DNA from: Chloroflexota bacterium
GTDB lineage: Bacteria; Chloroflexota; Limnocylindria; QHBO01
Reading direction: 5' to 3'
Assembly: GCA_040905185.1 (NCBI GenBank)
Contig: JBBDRZ010000007.1
Coordinates: 408,206 to 472,205 of the forward strand
Length of the DNA: 64,000 nt
Part shown: positions 31,529 to 40,380 of the stretch, piece after piece
How positions within the stretch are numbered: the first letter of the stretch is position 1
Layout of the letters: every line of letters starts with the position of its first letter
Position numbers and translations under genes: made by a program
The notes under the pieces: model-generated
Database searches by the model: none
Told to the model about the DNA's origin: nothing
The model's input: the letters and a program-made list of their open reading frames with translations, nothing else

Positions 31529-32500
31529 TCAGGTCGCGCGGTCAGCGATGACGGTCAGGACGACGTTTCCGGTCTTCTGGCCCGTCTCGACGTAGCGGGT
31601 CGCCTCGATGACGTCCTCCAGCGGGTAGCGGCGGTCGATGACCGCGCGGTACTTGCCGGCCTCGATGAGCTCCTTGAGGAAGAGGACGTCCTGCTTCGTA
31701 TACCGAGGGATGCCCATCTTGACCTTCTTGTCGCCGATCCACCTCGTGAGAAGGAGCAGGAGGGGAACGTGCCACATGAACCCCAGGTCCGTTTCGATGA
31801 AGGTCCCGCACCGCTTGAGTGAGCGCCTGGACCGTCTGAACGAGTGCTTGCCGACGCTGTCGAAGATGACGTCGTAGGTCTTGCCGTTCCTGGCGAAGTC
31901 CTCCTTGGTGTAGTCGAGGACCGCATCGGCTCCGAGCGATCGCATGAGCTCGACGTTCTTGGTAGTGCACACGGCGGTGAGGTGGGCACCGGAGTGCCTG
32001 GCCAGCTGCACTGCTGCCGTGCCGATGGATCCCGAGGCGCCATAGATGAGGACGGTCCGCCCCTTCAGGGGACCCGCCTTTCGGAGGCAGGCCAGCGCGA
32101 GGCTCACGCCGTCGTAGACTGCGGCCGCTTCGTCGAAGGTCATGCTGGCTGGCTTATGCGCCAAGGCGCCGCTCTCCCGGATGCAGACGTACTCCGCGTG
32201 GGCGCCGGAGCCCGTGCCGCCGAAGACGTGGTCACCGACCTTGAACTCGGTGACGGCTGAGCCGACGGCCTCGACCGCACCGGCGAAATCCGTGCCGAGG
32301 ATCTTGTTTCTGGGCCGGAGAAGGCCGGTGACGAAGCGGCTGATGAAGTATTCGGCGCTGCGGAGGCCGGTGTCTGTCCGGGTCACCGTCGTGGCGTGGA
32401 TCTTGACGAGGACTTCATCGTCCTTGGGCACCGGCTGCTCGACCTCCTCGATTCGGAGGATGTCCGGAGGCCCGTAGCGGTCGTGCACGACCGCCTTCAT
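31529..32500 (-). CDS. NAD(P)-dependent medium-chain dehydrogenase/reductase (quinone oxidoreductase-like)
   Basis: MKAVVHDRYGPPDILRIEEVEQPVP..VLIYGASGSIGTAAVQLA. Confidence 0.85.
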   Translation of the reverse strand: MKAVVHDRYGPPDILRIEEVEQPVPKDDEVLVKIHATTVTRTDTGLRSAEYFISRFVTGLLRPRNKILGTDFAGAVEAVGSAVTEFKVGDHVFGGTGSGAHAEYVCIRESGALAHKPASMTFDEAAAVYDGVSLALACLRKAGPLKGRTVLIYGASGSIGTAAVQLARHSGAHLTAVCTTKNVELMRSLGADAVLDYTKEDFARNGKTYDVIFDSVGKHSFRRSRRSLKRCGTFIETDLGFMWHVPLLLLLTRWIGDKKVKMGIPRYTKQDVLFLKELIEAGKYRAVIDRRYPLEDVIEATRYVETGQKTGNVVLTVIADRAT

Positions 32501-32567
32501 CGGTTCACGTCAGCCTCTCGACCCGCTGCATGCCGGGCCCTGAGAAGCCAGGCATCGGAGGACAGGG

Positions 32568-32952
32568 TCAGGCAACGACCATCTTCCAGAAGGAGTCCTT
32601 GCGCGACACAAGGCCGCCGCGGAACGTCCACAGGTCGCAGCCTCGGTACTCGAGCCGCTGCCCGTCGGCGGTGGTACCGGTCAGGGTCCACTCCGAGACG
32701 CCACGGTCTCCAGTGACGAAATGCGTGTCCTGGCCGTAGTGAACGTTGGGGATGTCCCGTAACCGGCCTTCCATGGCCTCGCGCACGGCCTGCTTGCCCT
32801 CATGGCGCCGTCCCCAGGCCTCCGGTCCGCGCGGAGACTCGAAGCCCGGCGTCATCGGTGAAATAGGCCATGAACCCGTCGAGGTCGTGTCGATTGAAGG
32901 CCACGACCATGTCCTTGAGCATTTCGACCGCGGACTCGTTCGCCATGGTCAT
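32568..32952 (-). pseudogene. SnoaL/NTF2-like gene with a single-nt frameshift near 32850
   Basis: One frame reads MTMANESAVEMLKDMVVAFNRHDLDGFMAYFTDDA (from ATG 32952, SD GAGGAGA). The next frame reads FESPRGPEAWGRRHEGKQAVREAMEG..VSRKDSFWKMVVA*. The span is 385 nt, which is not a multiple of 3. Confidence 0.65.
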
Positions 32953-32960
32953 CGTCTCCT

Positions 32961-35117
32961 CTACGGCTGCGCTTCGGATTCGGGGAGCTTTGCGTTTCGG
33001 GAGTTGAACGCGACCCGGAAGAGTCGATATTCGCGGACGCCCTCGGCGGCGAGCACGGCGGAAAGGACCACTGTTTCGGCGGCGAGGATCCATCCGATCG
33101 CAGCCGGGACCAGGAGCGCGGCCGCGACTGGCACCAGCACCAGGACAAGCGCACCCACGACGGCAACCGTGACGCCCGATGAGGTTCGGCCGGTGATCTT
33201 CCTGGTTGCGACCAGCGTGCTCTGGGAATCTTCGGTGCCGGCGAAGGTCGAGCCACCGCTCGAGAGGACCGCGAGGCTCAGCATCGCGAGGAAGCCGCTG
33301 CCGAGCACGTAGGCCGTGGCGAGCATCGGACCGTGGGCGAGCCACACCACGGCAAAAGCCGCGCCTGTTATGAGGACCACCAGCGCACCGAGCGCATACC
33401 ACGGCAATGTCCAAAGCGGCCGTCGAATCCCTCGGAAATAGGTGGTCTCGTCCGCCCCCATGAGCGCGTTCCACCCCAGGCTGACCGGCAGCCAGGCGAG
33501 GACGCCCAGGACCGCCACGCCGATGAAACCGGCGAGGACGACCACCCATTCGGGAGGCGCGTCGAAGAACGCGTCGACCAGGGGGAGGTTGAGGGCGCTC
33601 ACGAACTCGATCAGGCCGCTTCCGAAGGCGGGGGTCAGCCAGGCGTAGACCCATCCGGCCACGACGGCGCCGCCCACGAACACCCGCATGGTCAGCAACA
33701 GGAGAACGCGCGCGTGCCGTCGCATGGCAGCTACCTGGAGTCGCGGATCCGTCAGTGGTGCCGCGTACGCCTTCGGGCCGCCGAGCGCGAACAGGCGTGA
33801 GGCCACGATGGCGACGAACTCGGTGGTGTTCCTCCAGTAGACGACGTGATCCCAGATTGTGGAGGCGAGGTTTCGGATCTTGTACGAGCGGATCTGCTTG
33901 CCGGCCACGTCCAACGGCCCCACCGGCGCCGGGTCCGCCGATGCCCACAGGTCCAGCCACTCCAGTCCCGGCTCCACCGCAACCACCTTCGCCCAGTCCG
34001 ACTCGATGTCCTCCCCGGATTCGGTCCAGATGCGTCTGGCGGAGTTGAGCAGGGCGAATTCGGCGATGACGGCGAGGAGAACGGGGACGGCGATGAGCGG
34101 CCAGGGAGCCGCAGCCAAGAACGTCAGCCCTGCTACCACGAGGAAGGCCGCACTGCCGATGGCAGACAGCGTCTGCACTGCCGTCTGGGACCCCCGCGCC
34201 ATGGTCAGGACGAACGTGAGCTTCCGCACCGCCTGGCCGTAGGTGACGAACAGACCGATGGGCGCCGGCTTCGGCGACCCCTCCTTGGGGGCAGCCGGAC
34301 GATCGGTCAGCTCATGCTTCAGGGCGTACCACGATACGGCTGTCCCCTGGGAGTGGGCGACCACGGCGACGGTGGCGCATTCGCGGAGCAGGACCTGCAG
34401 GTCTGACCGCACCTGGGTTGCCATGGCGCCGAAGCGGATGGGGCTCCGGGTCAGGACGTAGGCGTCTCCGAACCCGTTCGCCAGGCCTCGCTGCAGCGAG
34501 CGGGCGAGGTCCGCCATGAAGGGGAGCCGGGTGATCGCGAGCAGGACGAGGGCCAGGGCGAGCGCGGTGACCACCAGCCCCATGATCGCCGCTCCCAGCA
34601 GCATGACCGTGCCGGCGAGGAGCGTGACCGGGATGAGCGCCAGGCGGAGAAGCCGGGGGACCGATTCGCCGATTTCCATTCGGTTCACGATGCCCGCCAC
34701 CTGGGTCGCAAAGACCCACGGTCCGACGGTGACCGCCCATCCGGCCAGCTCAGCGTAGGTTGCCGGTCGGAAGACGTCAGCCCACGAGGATTCGGCGACG
34801 ATCCAGTGTGCCGGCGCGCCCGTGCCGGTCGGCGGTGTGATCCGGACCACCGCATGAGCGGTCGGTATGCCATCACTGGATACCTGCCGAAGGGCGACGT
34901 CGAGCACGTCCACCCCGGCGCCGCCGGGCCCTCCCGGGCTCTCAACTCGGCGCCTGAGCCATCGGAAGATGTAGTCACCCTCCTCGGTCAAGGTGTCGCC
35001 GCGCATCTGCTCGCCGATGCCGTGGACGAGAAGGATCCCGAGGTTGTATTTGCGCCGGAGCCCGAGTCGCCGGCGACTGTCCTTGATCCCCTCGTCCAGC
35101 TCAGCGGATTGCAGCAT
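32961..35117 (-). CDS. Large polytopic membrane protein with alpha/beta-hydrolase (lipase-like) signatures
   Basis: The start at MLQSAELDEG.. gives 718 aa. LGILLVHGIGEQ and VAVVAHSQGTAVS (a GxSxG-type elbow) are separated and followed by many TM helices. No family name recognised. Confidence 0.6.
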   Translation of the reverse strand: MLQSAELDEGIKDSRRRLGLRRKYNLGILLVHGIGEQMRGDTLTEEGDYIFRWLRRRVESPGGPGGAGVDVLDVALRQVSSDGIPTAHAVVRITPPTGTGAPAHWIVAESSWADVFRPATYAELAGWAVTVGPWVFATQVAGIVNRMEIGESVPRLLRLALIPVTLLAGTVMLLGAAIMGLVVTALALALVLLAITRLPFMADLARSLQRGLANGFGDAYVLTRSPIRFGAMATQVRSDLQVLLRECATVAVVAHSQGTAVSWYALKHELTDRPAAPKEGSPKPAPIGLFVTYGQAVRKLTFVLTMARGSQTAVQTLSAIGSAAFLVVAGLTFLAAAPWPLIAVPVLLAVIAEFALLNSARRIWTESGEDIESDWAKVVAVEPGLEWLDLWASADPAPVGPLDVAGKQIRSYKIRNLASTIWDHVVYWRNTTEFVAIVASRLFALGGPKAYAAPLTDPRLQVAAMRRHARVLLLLTMRVFVGGAVVAGWVYAWLTPAFGSGLIEFVSALNLPLVDAFFDAPPEWVVVLAGFIGVAVLGVLAWLPVSLGWNALMGADETTYFRGIRRPLWTLPWYALGALVVLITGAAFAVVWLAHGPMLATAYVLGSGFLAMLSLAVLSSGGSTFAGTEDSQSTLVATRKITGRTSSGVTVAVVGALVLVLVPVAAALLVPAAIGWILAAETVVLSAVLAAEGVREYRLFRVAFNSRNAKLPESEAQP

Positions 35118-35300
35118 TCCGCAGAGCCTAACAGCGGCCGGTTGAGCCCACGGCCCGCCGGCCGCCACCGGAGAGCGGGACGACGACCTCTCGGTTCGAG
35201 GGCGTGTTTCGCAGCTGGACCGATCCGTGTCCAGATTGATGATACTGTAGCCTCGACCTCCAGGGATCTCCGGGGGCTCTGGAGGGATGCGGGGTAACTG

Positions 35301-35579
35301 ATGCCTGTCGTGACGCGGGTCAGGAAGGTCCAGGCACCAGACGGCAGGCACGAGCACATTGGGGGTGTGTGCACGGCCGACGGCACGTATTTCTCACGTC
35401 AGCAGGTCGCGGCCGCGATAGACGCCGGGGAAGCGTGGTGGTCGGAGGGCGCGGGCACACGAGCGCGCATCCGCAAGGCACCCTATTGCCCGTACTCCGA
35501 GTGCCTGACCTTTCCGTACCTGACCACGGCACCGGACCACACCACCGCGAATAACCTGGAGAACCTCCCAGGATGCTGA
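35301..35579 (+). CDS. DUF3892-like small protein
   Basis: GRHEHIGGVCTADGTYFSRQQVAAAIDAGEAWWSEG..YLTTAPDHTTANNLENLPGC. Confidence 0.65.
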   Translation: MPVVTRVRKVQAPDGRHEHIGGVCTADGTYFSRQQVAAAIDAGEAWWSEGAGTRARIRKAPYCPYSECLTFPYLTTAPDHTTANNLENLPGC

Positions 35580-35641
35580 ACGGAGGCCGGGCCGCATGCC
35601 GCTGCTATCTGTGGGGGATCAGGTCTTGGTCGGGCGCCGGC

Positions 35642-35761
35642 TTATGGCCAGCCGCCCTTGTCGTTGTCAGCCAGGACGGTGGCCACCGAGGCCAACGCCA
35701 TGAGCACAGCAAGTGACCACGCAAAGACAATGGGACGGATCTTTCGGATCCAGGTAGCCAT
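35642..35761 (-). CDS. 39-codon ORF encoding a signal-peptide-like pre-peptide, not in the ORF track
   Basis: MATWIRKIRPIVFAWSLAVLMALASVATVLADNDKGGWP*. SD GGAAGGAG lies 7 nt upstream. A possible signal-peptidase site (VLA|D) would leave DNDKGGWP. Confidence 0.45.
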   Translation of the reverse strand: MATWIRKIRPIVFAWSLAVLMALASVATVLADNDKGGWP

Positions 35762-35836
35762 GGGCCGGCTCCTTCCCGGCACGCCTCATGGCCCGGCCCC
35801 CGATTCGAGGGGTCGCACAGGCGACCTCTGGGCGCC

Positions 35837-35866
35837 AGCGTATGTGGGCGATTCGGCGGGTGTCAA
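35837..35866 (-). promoter_or_regulatory. Sigma70-like promoter for the small pre-peptide ORF
   Basis: Minus strand has TTGACA (plus coordinates 35861-35866), then 18 nt, then TACGCT (plus coordinates 35837-35842), roughly 70 nt upstream of the ATG at 35761. Confidence 0.4.
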
Positions 35867-35908
35867 GTATTTATATAGTCGTGGGGCCGTTGTGGGTCGG
35901 CCCGGGAA

Positions 35909-35930
35909 TCAAGTGGCGGTATAGTCGCGG
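35909..35930 (+). promoter_or_regulatory. -10 element placed for a leaderless XRE-TPR transcript; second copy of a 22-nt direct repeat
   Basis: TATAGT at 35920-35925 lies 7 nt before the ATG at 35933. TCAAGTGGCGGTATAGTCGCGG repeats TCAAGTATTTATATAGTCGTGG at 35863-35884. Confidence 0.4.
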
Positions 35931-35932
35931 CG

Positions 35933-37255
35933 ATGGGCGCAGTCCGGTCGACCCGGCGCAAGGCCCGGGTCGTCAACGTGGTCAACAATCGGCCGCTGGC
36001 GCAGGCCATTGGCGCGAACGTGCGCCGCCTGCGGACGTCGGCCAACCTCACCCAGCGCCAGCTCGCACAACCGCGCTATACGCCGGCCTACGTCAGCGCG
36101 CTGGAGAACGGCCTGGCCAAGCCGTCCATGGCTTCGCTCCACTACTTCGCCGAGCGGCTGAGGGTCCCGATTGGGGCGTTCCTCCCTCCCGAGCCTGGCC
36201 AGGCGGACCGGTTGGAGGCGGATCTCCGACTCGCGTCGGGCGACTATGAGAGTGCGTTGTCGGCATATCGGAGCCTGCTCGAGCAGGCGGCCGGCGAGCG
36301 AGCTCGGGCGGAGATCCTGCGTGGCATGGCCGAGAGCCTGTGCCGGCTGCGGCGCGGAGCCGAGGCGATCGGTCCCGCAGCGGAGTCCGTGGCGATTCTC
36401 GAGCGGCTACCTCGGGCCGCCGATGAGGCCTATGCGAGCTACTGGCTGGCGTATGCCCACCAACTAGCCGATAACTCGCCTGAGGCGCGCGCTATCCTCA
36501 AGTCGCTGCTGGATCGCGTCCGCCAAGGTTTGGACGTGCTCCCGGACTTCAAGTTCCGGGTCCTGGTGGCGCTTGCCAACGTCGAGGGCTGGGAAGGGGA
36601 ACACGACCGAGCGCTCGCGTATCTGGAGGAAGCCAGAGGCCTGGTCGCCGACCTCGATGAGTTCCGGCGGGCGACACTCCTGTGGAACCTGTCGCGCAGC
36701 TACGGAGACGTCGGTGATGATGAGGCCTCGTTCCGTTCGGGGAGCCAGGCGCTGGGGATCTTCCAGGTGCTGGAGGCGAAACAGGAGGTCGCGTCGCTCG
36801 AAAACACGTTGGCCTTGACCATGCTCCGGCTTGGCAATCTCGCCCGGGCTCGCGAGTTCGCGGACCAGGCCCGTCAGCATGCCGACGTGATGCCGGCAGC
36901 CACCTTCCTGCCCCATGTGCTGGACACCGAGGCTCAGATTGCGCTGGCCCGGGGGGAACCTGAGTTGGCGCTGGAGAAACTGGCGGAAGCGGCGCGAGAT
37001 GCCGAGGGTGGGAGGAATCCAGAGGCTGCGGCCGCGATTCACCACACCCGCGCCCGCGCACTGGCCGCGCAGGGCCAGGCAGATCAGGCGGTGGTCGAAT
37101 ACGACCAGGCCGCGCAGGCGTATCGGGATCTTGGCTTCACCGGCCGCCTGCGGCCGGTGCTCTCGGAATGGGCAGAGCTGTATGGCCAGATCGGCAAGCC
37201 GTCCGAGGCGGTCGAGCTCTACCGCGAGGCGCTGGCCCTCAAGCCGCGACGGTAG
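35933..37255 (+). CDS. XRE-family HTH regulator with a C-terminal TPR domain
   Basis: AIGANVRRLRTSANLTQRQLAQPRYTPAYVSALENGLAKPSMASLHYFAERLRV is the HTH_XRE part. It is followed by ~350 aa of TPR-like helical repeats. Confidence 0.85.
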   Translation: MGAVRSTRRKARVVNVVNNRPLAQAIGANVRRLRTSANLTQRQLAQPRYTPAYVSALENGLAKPSMASLHYFAERLRVPIGAFLPPEPGQADRLEADLRLASGDYESALSAYRSLLEQAAGERARAEILRGMAESLCRLRRGAEAIGPAAESVAILERLPRAADEAYASYWLAYAHQLADNSPEARAILKSLLDRVRQGLDVLPDFKFRVLVALANVEGWEGEHDRALAYLEEARGLVADLDEFRRATLLWNLSRSYGDVGDDEASFRSGSQALGIFQVLEAKQEVASLENTLALTMLRLGNLARAREFADQARQHADVMPAATFLPHVLDTEAQIALARGEPELALEKLAEAARDAEGGRNPEAAAAIHHTRARALAAQGQADQAVVEYDQAAQAYRDLGFTGRLRPVLSEWAELYGQIGKPSEAVELYREALALKPRR

Positions 37256-37304
37256 CGGGGTCGGTGGCGACAGTCATCGGCCAGAAGCTGGTGGTAGCCA
37301 CCCG

Positions 37305-38018
37305 CTAGCCGACCAGGCGTGCCGTCACGCGGCCGTCAGGGGTGACCGACACCGCGGTCGGCACCAGGACGATTCCGTATTTACGCGCTAGCTCGGGACG
37401 CTCACGGACATCCACGGTCACCAGCCGACGGCCATCGGCTCGGAAGTCGTCGATCATGTCGCGGCAGTCCGTGCACAGCGGATGGCTGAAGGCCACCACC
37501 AGCTCGCCATCCAGCGGCAACTCGGCGCCCATGTCAGCCAGCTCGATGCGGTCGAACTGCTGGGCACGGATTCCGCGCAGCCGCGCGCCAATCCGGTACA
37601 TCTCGCAGCCCACGCACAGCCCGGTGCTGGCGGCCAGCAGGGCCAGCCCGGCGACCAGCACGCCGAGCGCCGCGCCCAGCGTCGTCAGTCCAATCGCGTA
37701 GGCGACGGTGGCGGTGCCCAGCACCACCAGGCCGACCTGGTTGGCGAAGCGGGGCGGGCGACTGTCCTCGATCGGTCCTTCGCCGATGCGCGGCTGGACC
37801 AGTTCGAAATAGGCCACACAGGCCACGCAATAGCGGCGTCCGAACCGAAGCCCGATCGCGAGTTGGAGCGCGAGGAGGGCCAGGATCGGCCACCACCCGG
37901 TGAGCACGGCGACCACCGAGAGGCTGCCGATGGCTGCCTGGTTGAATCGCGGCGCACGGGCGTCGATGACGTCGAGGTCGCGGTAGGGATCTGCGGTTCG
38001 AACGACGGGAGTGGGCAT
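37305..38018 (-). CDS. DUF4395 membrane domain fused to a thioredoxin-like domain
   Basis: APRFNQAAIGSLSVVAVLTGWWPILALLALQLAIGLRFGRRYCVACVAYF.. is the membrane part. The C-terminal part is VVAFSHPLCTDCRDMIDDF..VTVDV..ELARKYGIVLVPT. Confidence 0.7.
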   Translation of the reverse strand: MPTPVVRTADPYRDLDVIDARAPRFNQAAIGSLSVVAVLTGWWPILALLALQLAIGLRFGRRYCVACVAYFELVQPRIGEGPIEDSRPPRFANQVGLVVLGTATVAYAIGLTTLGAALGVLVAGLALLAASTGLCVGCEMYRIGARLRGIRAQQFDRIELADMGAELPLDGELVVAFSHPLCTDCRDMIDDFRADGRRLVTVDVRERPELARKYGIVLVPTAVSVTPDGRVTARLVG

Positions 38019-38278
38019 GGGTCGCCTCGCGTGGAAACGTGGAGGGAAGGCGGCGACCGACCGGGATCGGTCTCGAGCGGGCGGGAGGAAGGGCCGGGGC
38101 GTCGCTTGGGAGCGACGTTCGCGCGCACACGGCGCGGGTCAGGCGAGAGGGATCCTCCCGCCTAGCGACAGGCGCAAGAGCAAGCGGCGTGCGTTCGCAG
38201 GCTGGTCATGTTGCTGGCCGCCAAGCCTACGCCTCTGCCGCCGCATCGGCAAACGGCGGGCTTGACCGGGGTGGGTGT

Positions 38279-39442
38279 TCATGCGTTCTGCGTTGTCCTC
38301 GTGATCGCCGAGGCGAGGCGGGCACCTGCTTCGGCCAGGACATCAGGAGGGTGCATGCTGAACGCCAGGCGGAGTGCGTTCGGCGCCTCGTTCGGGTCCA
38401 AGAAGAACACACGAGCGGGCAGGAATTCCATTCCGCTCGCACTGGCCACGGGGAGGAGCTTCTCGCCGCTCGTGCCGCTCGGGAGTTGCATCCAGACGAA
38501 GTACCCGCCGGCAGGGACGGACCACGACACGGTCTCGGGCATGTGCTCGGCGAGGCTCTGCAGTAGCCGATCGCGTTGAGTGCGGTAGGCGGCACGAAAT
38601 CGATCGACCTGATGCGCGTAGTGACCGGCGGCCGCATATTCGGACAGGACGGTCGCCGCGAAGTGGGTCGTGCCACCACCCGAATCGAGCAGGCCGCCGG
38701 CCACCATCCGGGCCACGACTCCCGCGTCGGCCGTGATGTATCCCACGCGGAGGCCCGGCGCGACCGACTTCGCGAAGCTTCCGAGCCTGATCACGGACGA
38801 GCTGGTGTCCGATGCCCAAAGGGAGGCGGGGGCTGGACCATCGTACGAGAGCTCCCGGTAGGTGTCGTCCTCGACGATGAGGAGCTCCTCCCGCGCGGCA
38901 AGCGCAAGCAGCTCCGCGCGCCGCTCGTCCGGCATGACGCGGCCAGTGGGATTGTGGAAGGTCGGGATCGTGTACAGGAGTCGGGGCCGCTGTTGGCGCT
39001 GGCGGAGCTGCGTCACGACCCGCGCGAGCTCATCTGGCAGGACCCCGCCGGCATCTGACTCGACACCCACCAACTGGACCGGGTGGTCCCGCAGGATGCG
39101 CATCGCGAGGTGGTAGGTCGGCACGTCGATGAGGACGGTGTCGCCGGGGTCAAGTGAGAAAGAGGCCGCCAGATCGAGTCCCTGGGAGGCACCGCTGGTG
39201 ATGACGACCTCTGCGGGGGACGGGGCCCGTCCATCGGTCTGCCCCAGGCGGCCGCAGATGAATTCGATCAGCGGCGGCGGCCCTGCCGGCTTGCCGTAGG
39301 CGAGCATCTCCGGCCCGTATCGGTCCATTGCCCGCTCCGCCGCTGCGCGCAGCTCCCGCACCGGCAGGAGGGTCGGATCCGGGTGCCCCCACGCCAGGTC
39401 GATGACGCCGGGGACCGGCTGGAACTGCGTCAGTTCTCCCAC
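38279..39442 (-). CDS. PLP-dependent aminotransferase (class I/II fold)
   Basis: 387 aa with GASQGLDL, YTIPTFHNPTG and SFAKSVAPGLRVGY (Schiff-base Lys context). Confidence 0.85.
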   Translation of the reverse strand: MGELTQFQPVPGVIDLAWGHPDPTLLPVRELRAAAERAMDRYGPEMLAYGKPAGPPPLIEFICGRLGQTDGRAPSPAEVVITSGASQGLDLAASFSLDPGDTVLIDVPTYHLAMRILRDHPVQLVGVESDAGGVLPDELARVVTQLRQRQQRPRLLYTIPTFHNPTGRVMPDERRAELLALAAREELLIVEDDTYRELSYDGPAPASLWASDTSSSVIRLGSFAKSVAPGLRVGYITADAGVVARMVAGGLLDSGGGTTHFAATVLSEYAAAGHYAHQVDRFRAAYRTQRDRLLQSLAEHMPETVSWSVPAGGYFVWMQLPSGTSGEKLLPVASASGMEFLPARVFFLDPNEAPNALRLAFSMHPPDVLAEAGARLASAITRTTQNA

Positions 39443-39529
39443 GGCTGGCGAGTATACGGACGACTTTCATCCGCGCCGATGAGCGCACCCGCGCCGATGT
39501 GGGTCCCACTCGGCTGATAGGCTGGCGGC

Positions 39530-40006
39530 GTGTCGTACGAGAGCCACGTGGGAGAAATCAGCGCGATCTACCGAGCTGCGTCAGCTGTGCCGGGCATTCG
39601 CGGCCCGAACAGCTCGATGTTGTTCGTGGCGCCGGGATCGATGACGAGACGCCAGTTCGGCATGTTCCGACGCGACATGAAGGCGCGGTCCGGCGGCCCC
39701 GATACCCATATCCATCGGACCTTCTCCGAGTCCTTCTACGTCCTACGGGGAACAGTCCGCTTCTATGACGGGACGGGTTGGGTAGACGCGACCGCCGGGG
39801 ACTTCCTGTACGTGCCGAAAGGCGGGATCCACGCCTTCCGCAACGACTCCGACAAGCCGGCTTCGATGCTGATTCTCTTTGCCCCAGGCGCGGCCCGCGA
39901 GCGCTACTTCATGGAGGTTGATGAGATTGCCAGATCCGGCAGGCAGCTGAGCGACGCGGAGTGGACCGAGCTCTGGGCTCGCCACGACCAGTACATGGTC
40001 GGCTGA
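39530..40006 (+). CDS. Cupin-domain protein
   Basis: GGPDTHIHRTFSESFYVLRGTVRFYDGTGWVDATAGDFLYVPKGGIHAFRN. GTG start. Confidence 0.7.
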   Translation: MSYESHVGEISAIYRAASAVPGIRGPNSSMLFVAPGSMTRRQFGMFRRDMKARSGGPDTHIHRTFSESFYVLRGTVRFYDGTGWVDATAGDFLYVPKGGIHAFRNDSDKPASMLILFAPGAARERYFMEVDEIARSGRQLSDAEWTELWARHDQYMVG

Positions 40007-40089
40007 TTGCGCGGTTAGGGACCCTCCATCAGGTCGAACGTTTGCTTGGTCACTGGTAGCGGAGGCACTCGAGAGATAGTCCGCAGCCC

Positions 40090-40380
40090 TTGACATCTTG
40101 GCAACTCGGGTGTCACCATTCGCCCGTGAGTGACACTAACGTACTGTCGGTGGGACCAAAGGGTCGGGTCGTCATTCCGGTCGAGATCCGACGCCAGCTG
40201 GGCCTCGAGGAGGGGAGCCAGCTTGTCGCGCTGGTGGAAGGCGAGGGTGTGCTGCTTCTGCCGCGAGATGCCGTCAAAGAGCGGCTGCGGGGCATGTTCG
40301 CCGGTGTCCGGACCAGCATGGCCGAGGAACTGATCCGTGATCGGCGGGCTGCGGCCGCAAAGGACTCGCGGGACCGGTGA
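40090..40380 (+). CDS. vapB: AbrB/MazE/SpoVT-type antitoxin
   Basis: LSVGPKGRVVIPVEIRRQLGLEEGSQLVALVEGEGVLLLP. The likely true start is the GTG at 40126 (VSDTN..). GTGA overlap with vapC. Confidence 0.75.
   Translation: MTSWQLGCHHSPVSDTNVLSVGPKGRVVIPVEIRRQLGLEEGSQLVALVEGEGVLLLPRDAVKERLRGMFAGVRTSMAEELIRDRRAAAAKDSRDR

Noticed and set aside
32800-33960. 386-aa ORF overlapping the large membrane protein gene
   Set aside because: Only its last ~50 codons (MTMANESAVEML..) are meaningful, as the N-terminal part of the frameshifted SnoaL-like gene. The rest is an out-of-frame read through the 32961-35117 gene.
40090-40125. TTGACA at 40090-40095 as a -35 element for vapB, with a GTG start at 40126
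   Set aside because: The candidate -10 (CACCAT) is poor. I cannot decide between TTG 40090 as a start codon and TTGACA as a promoter element without TSS data.
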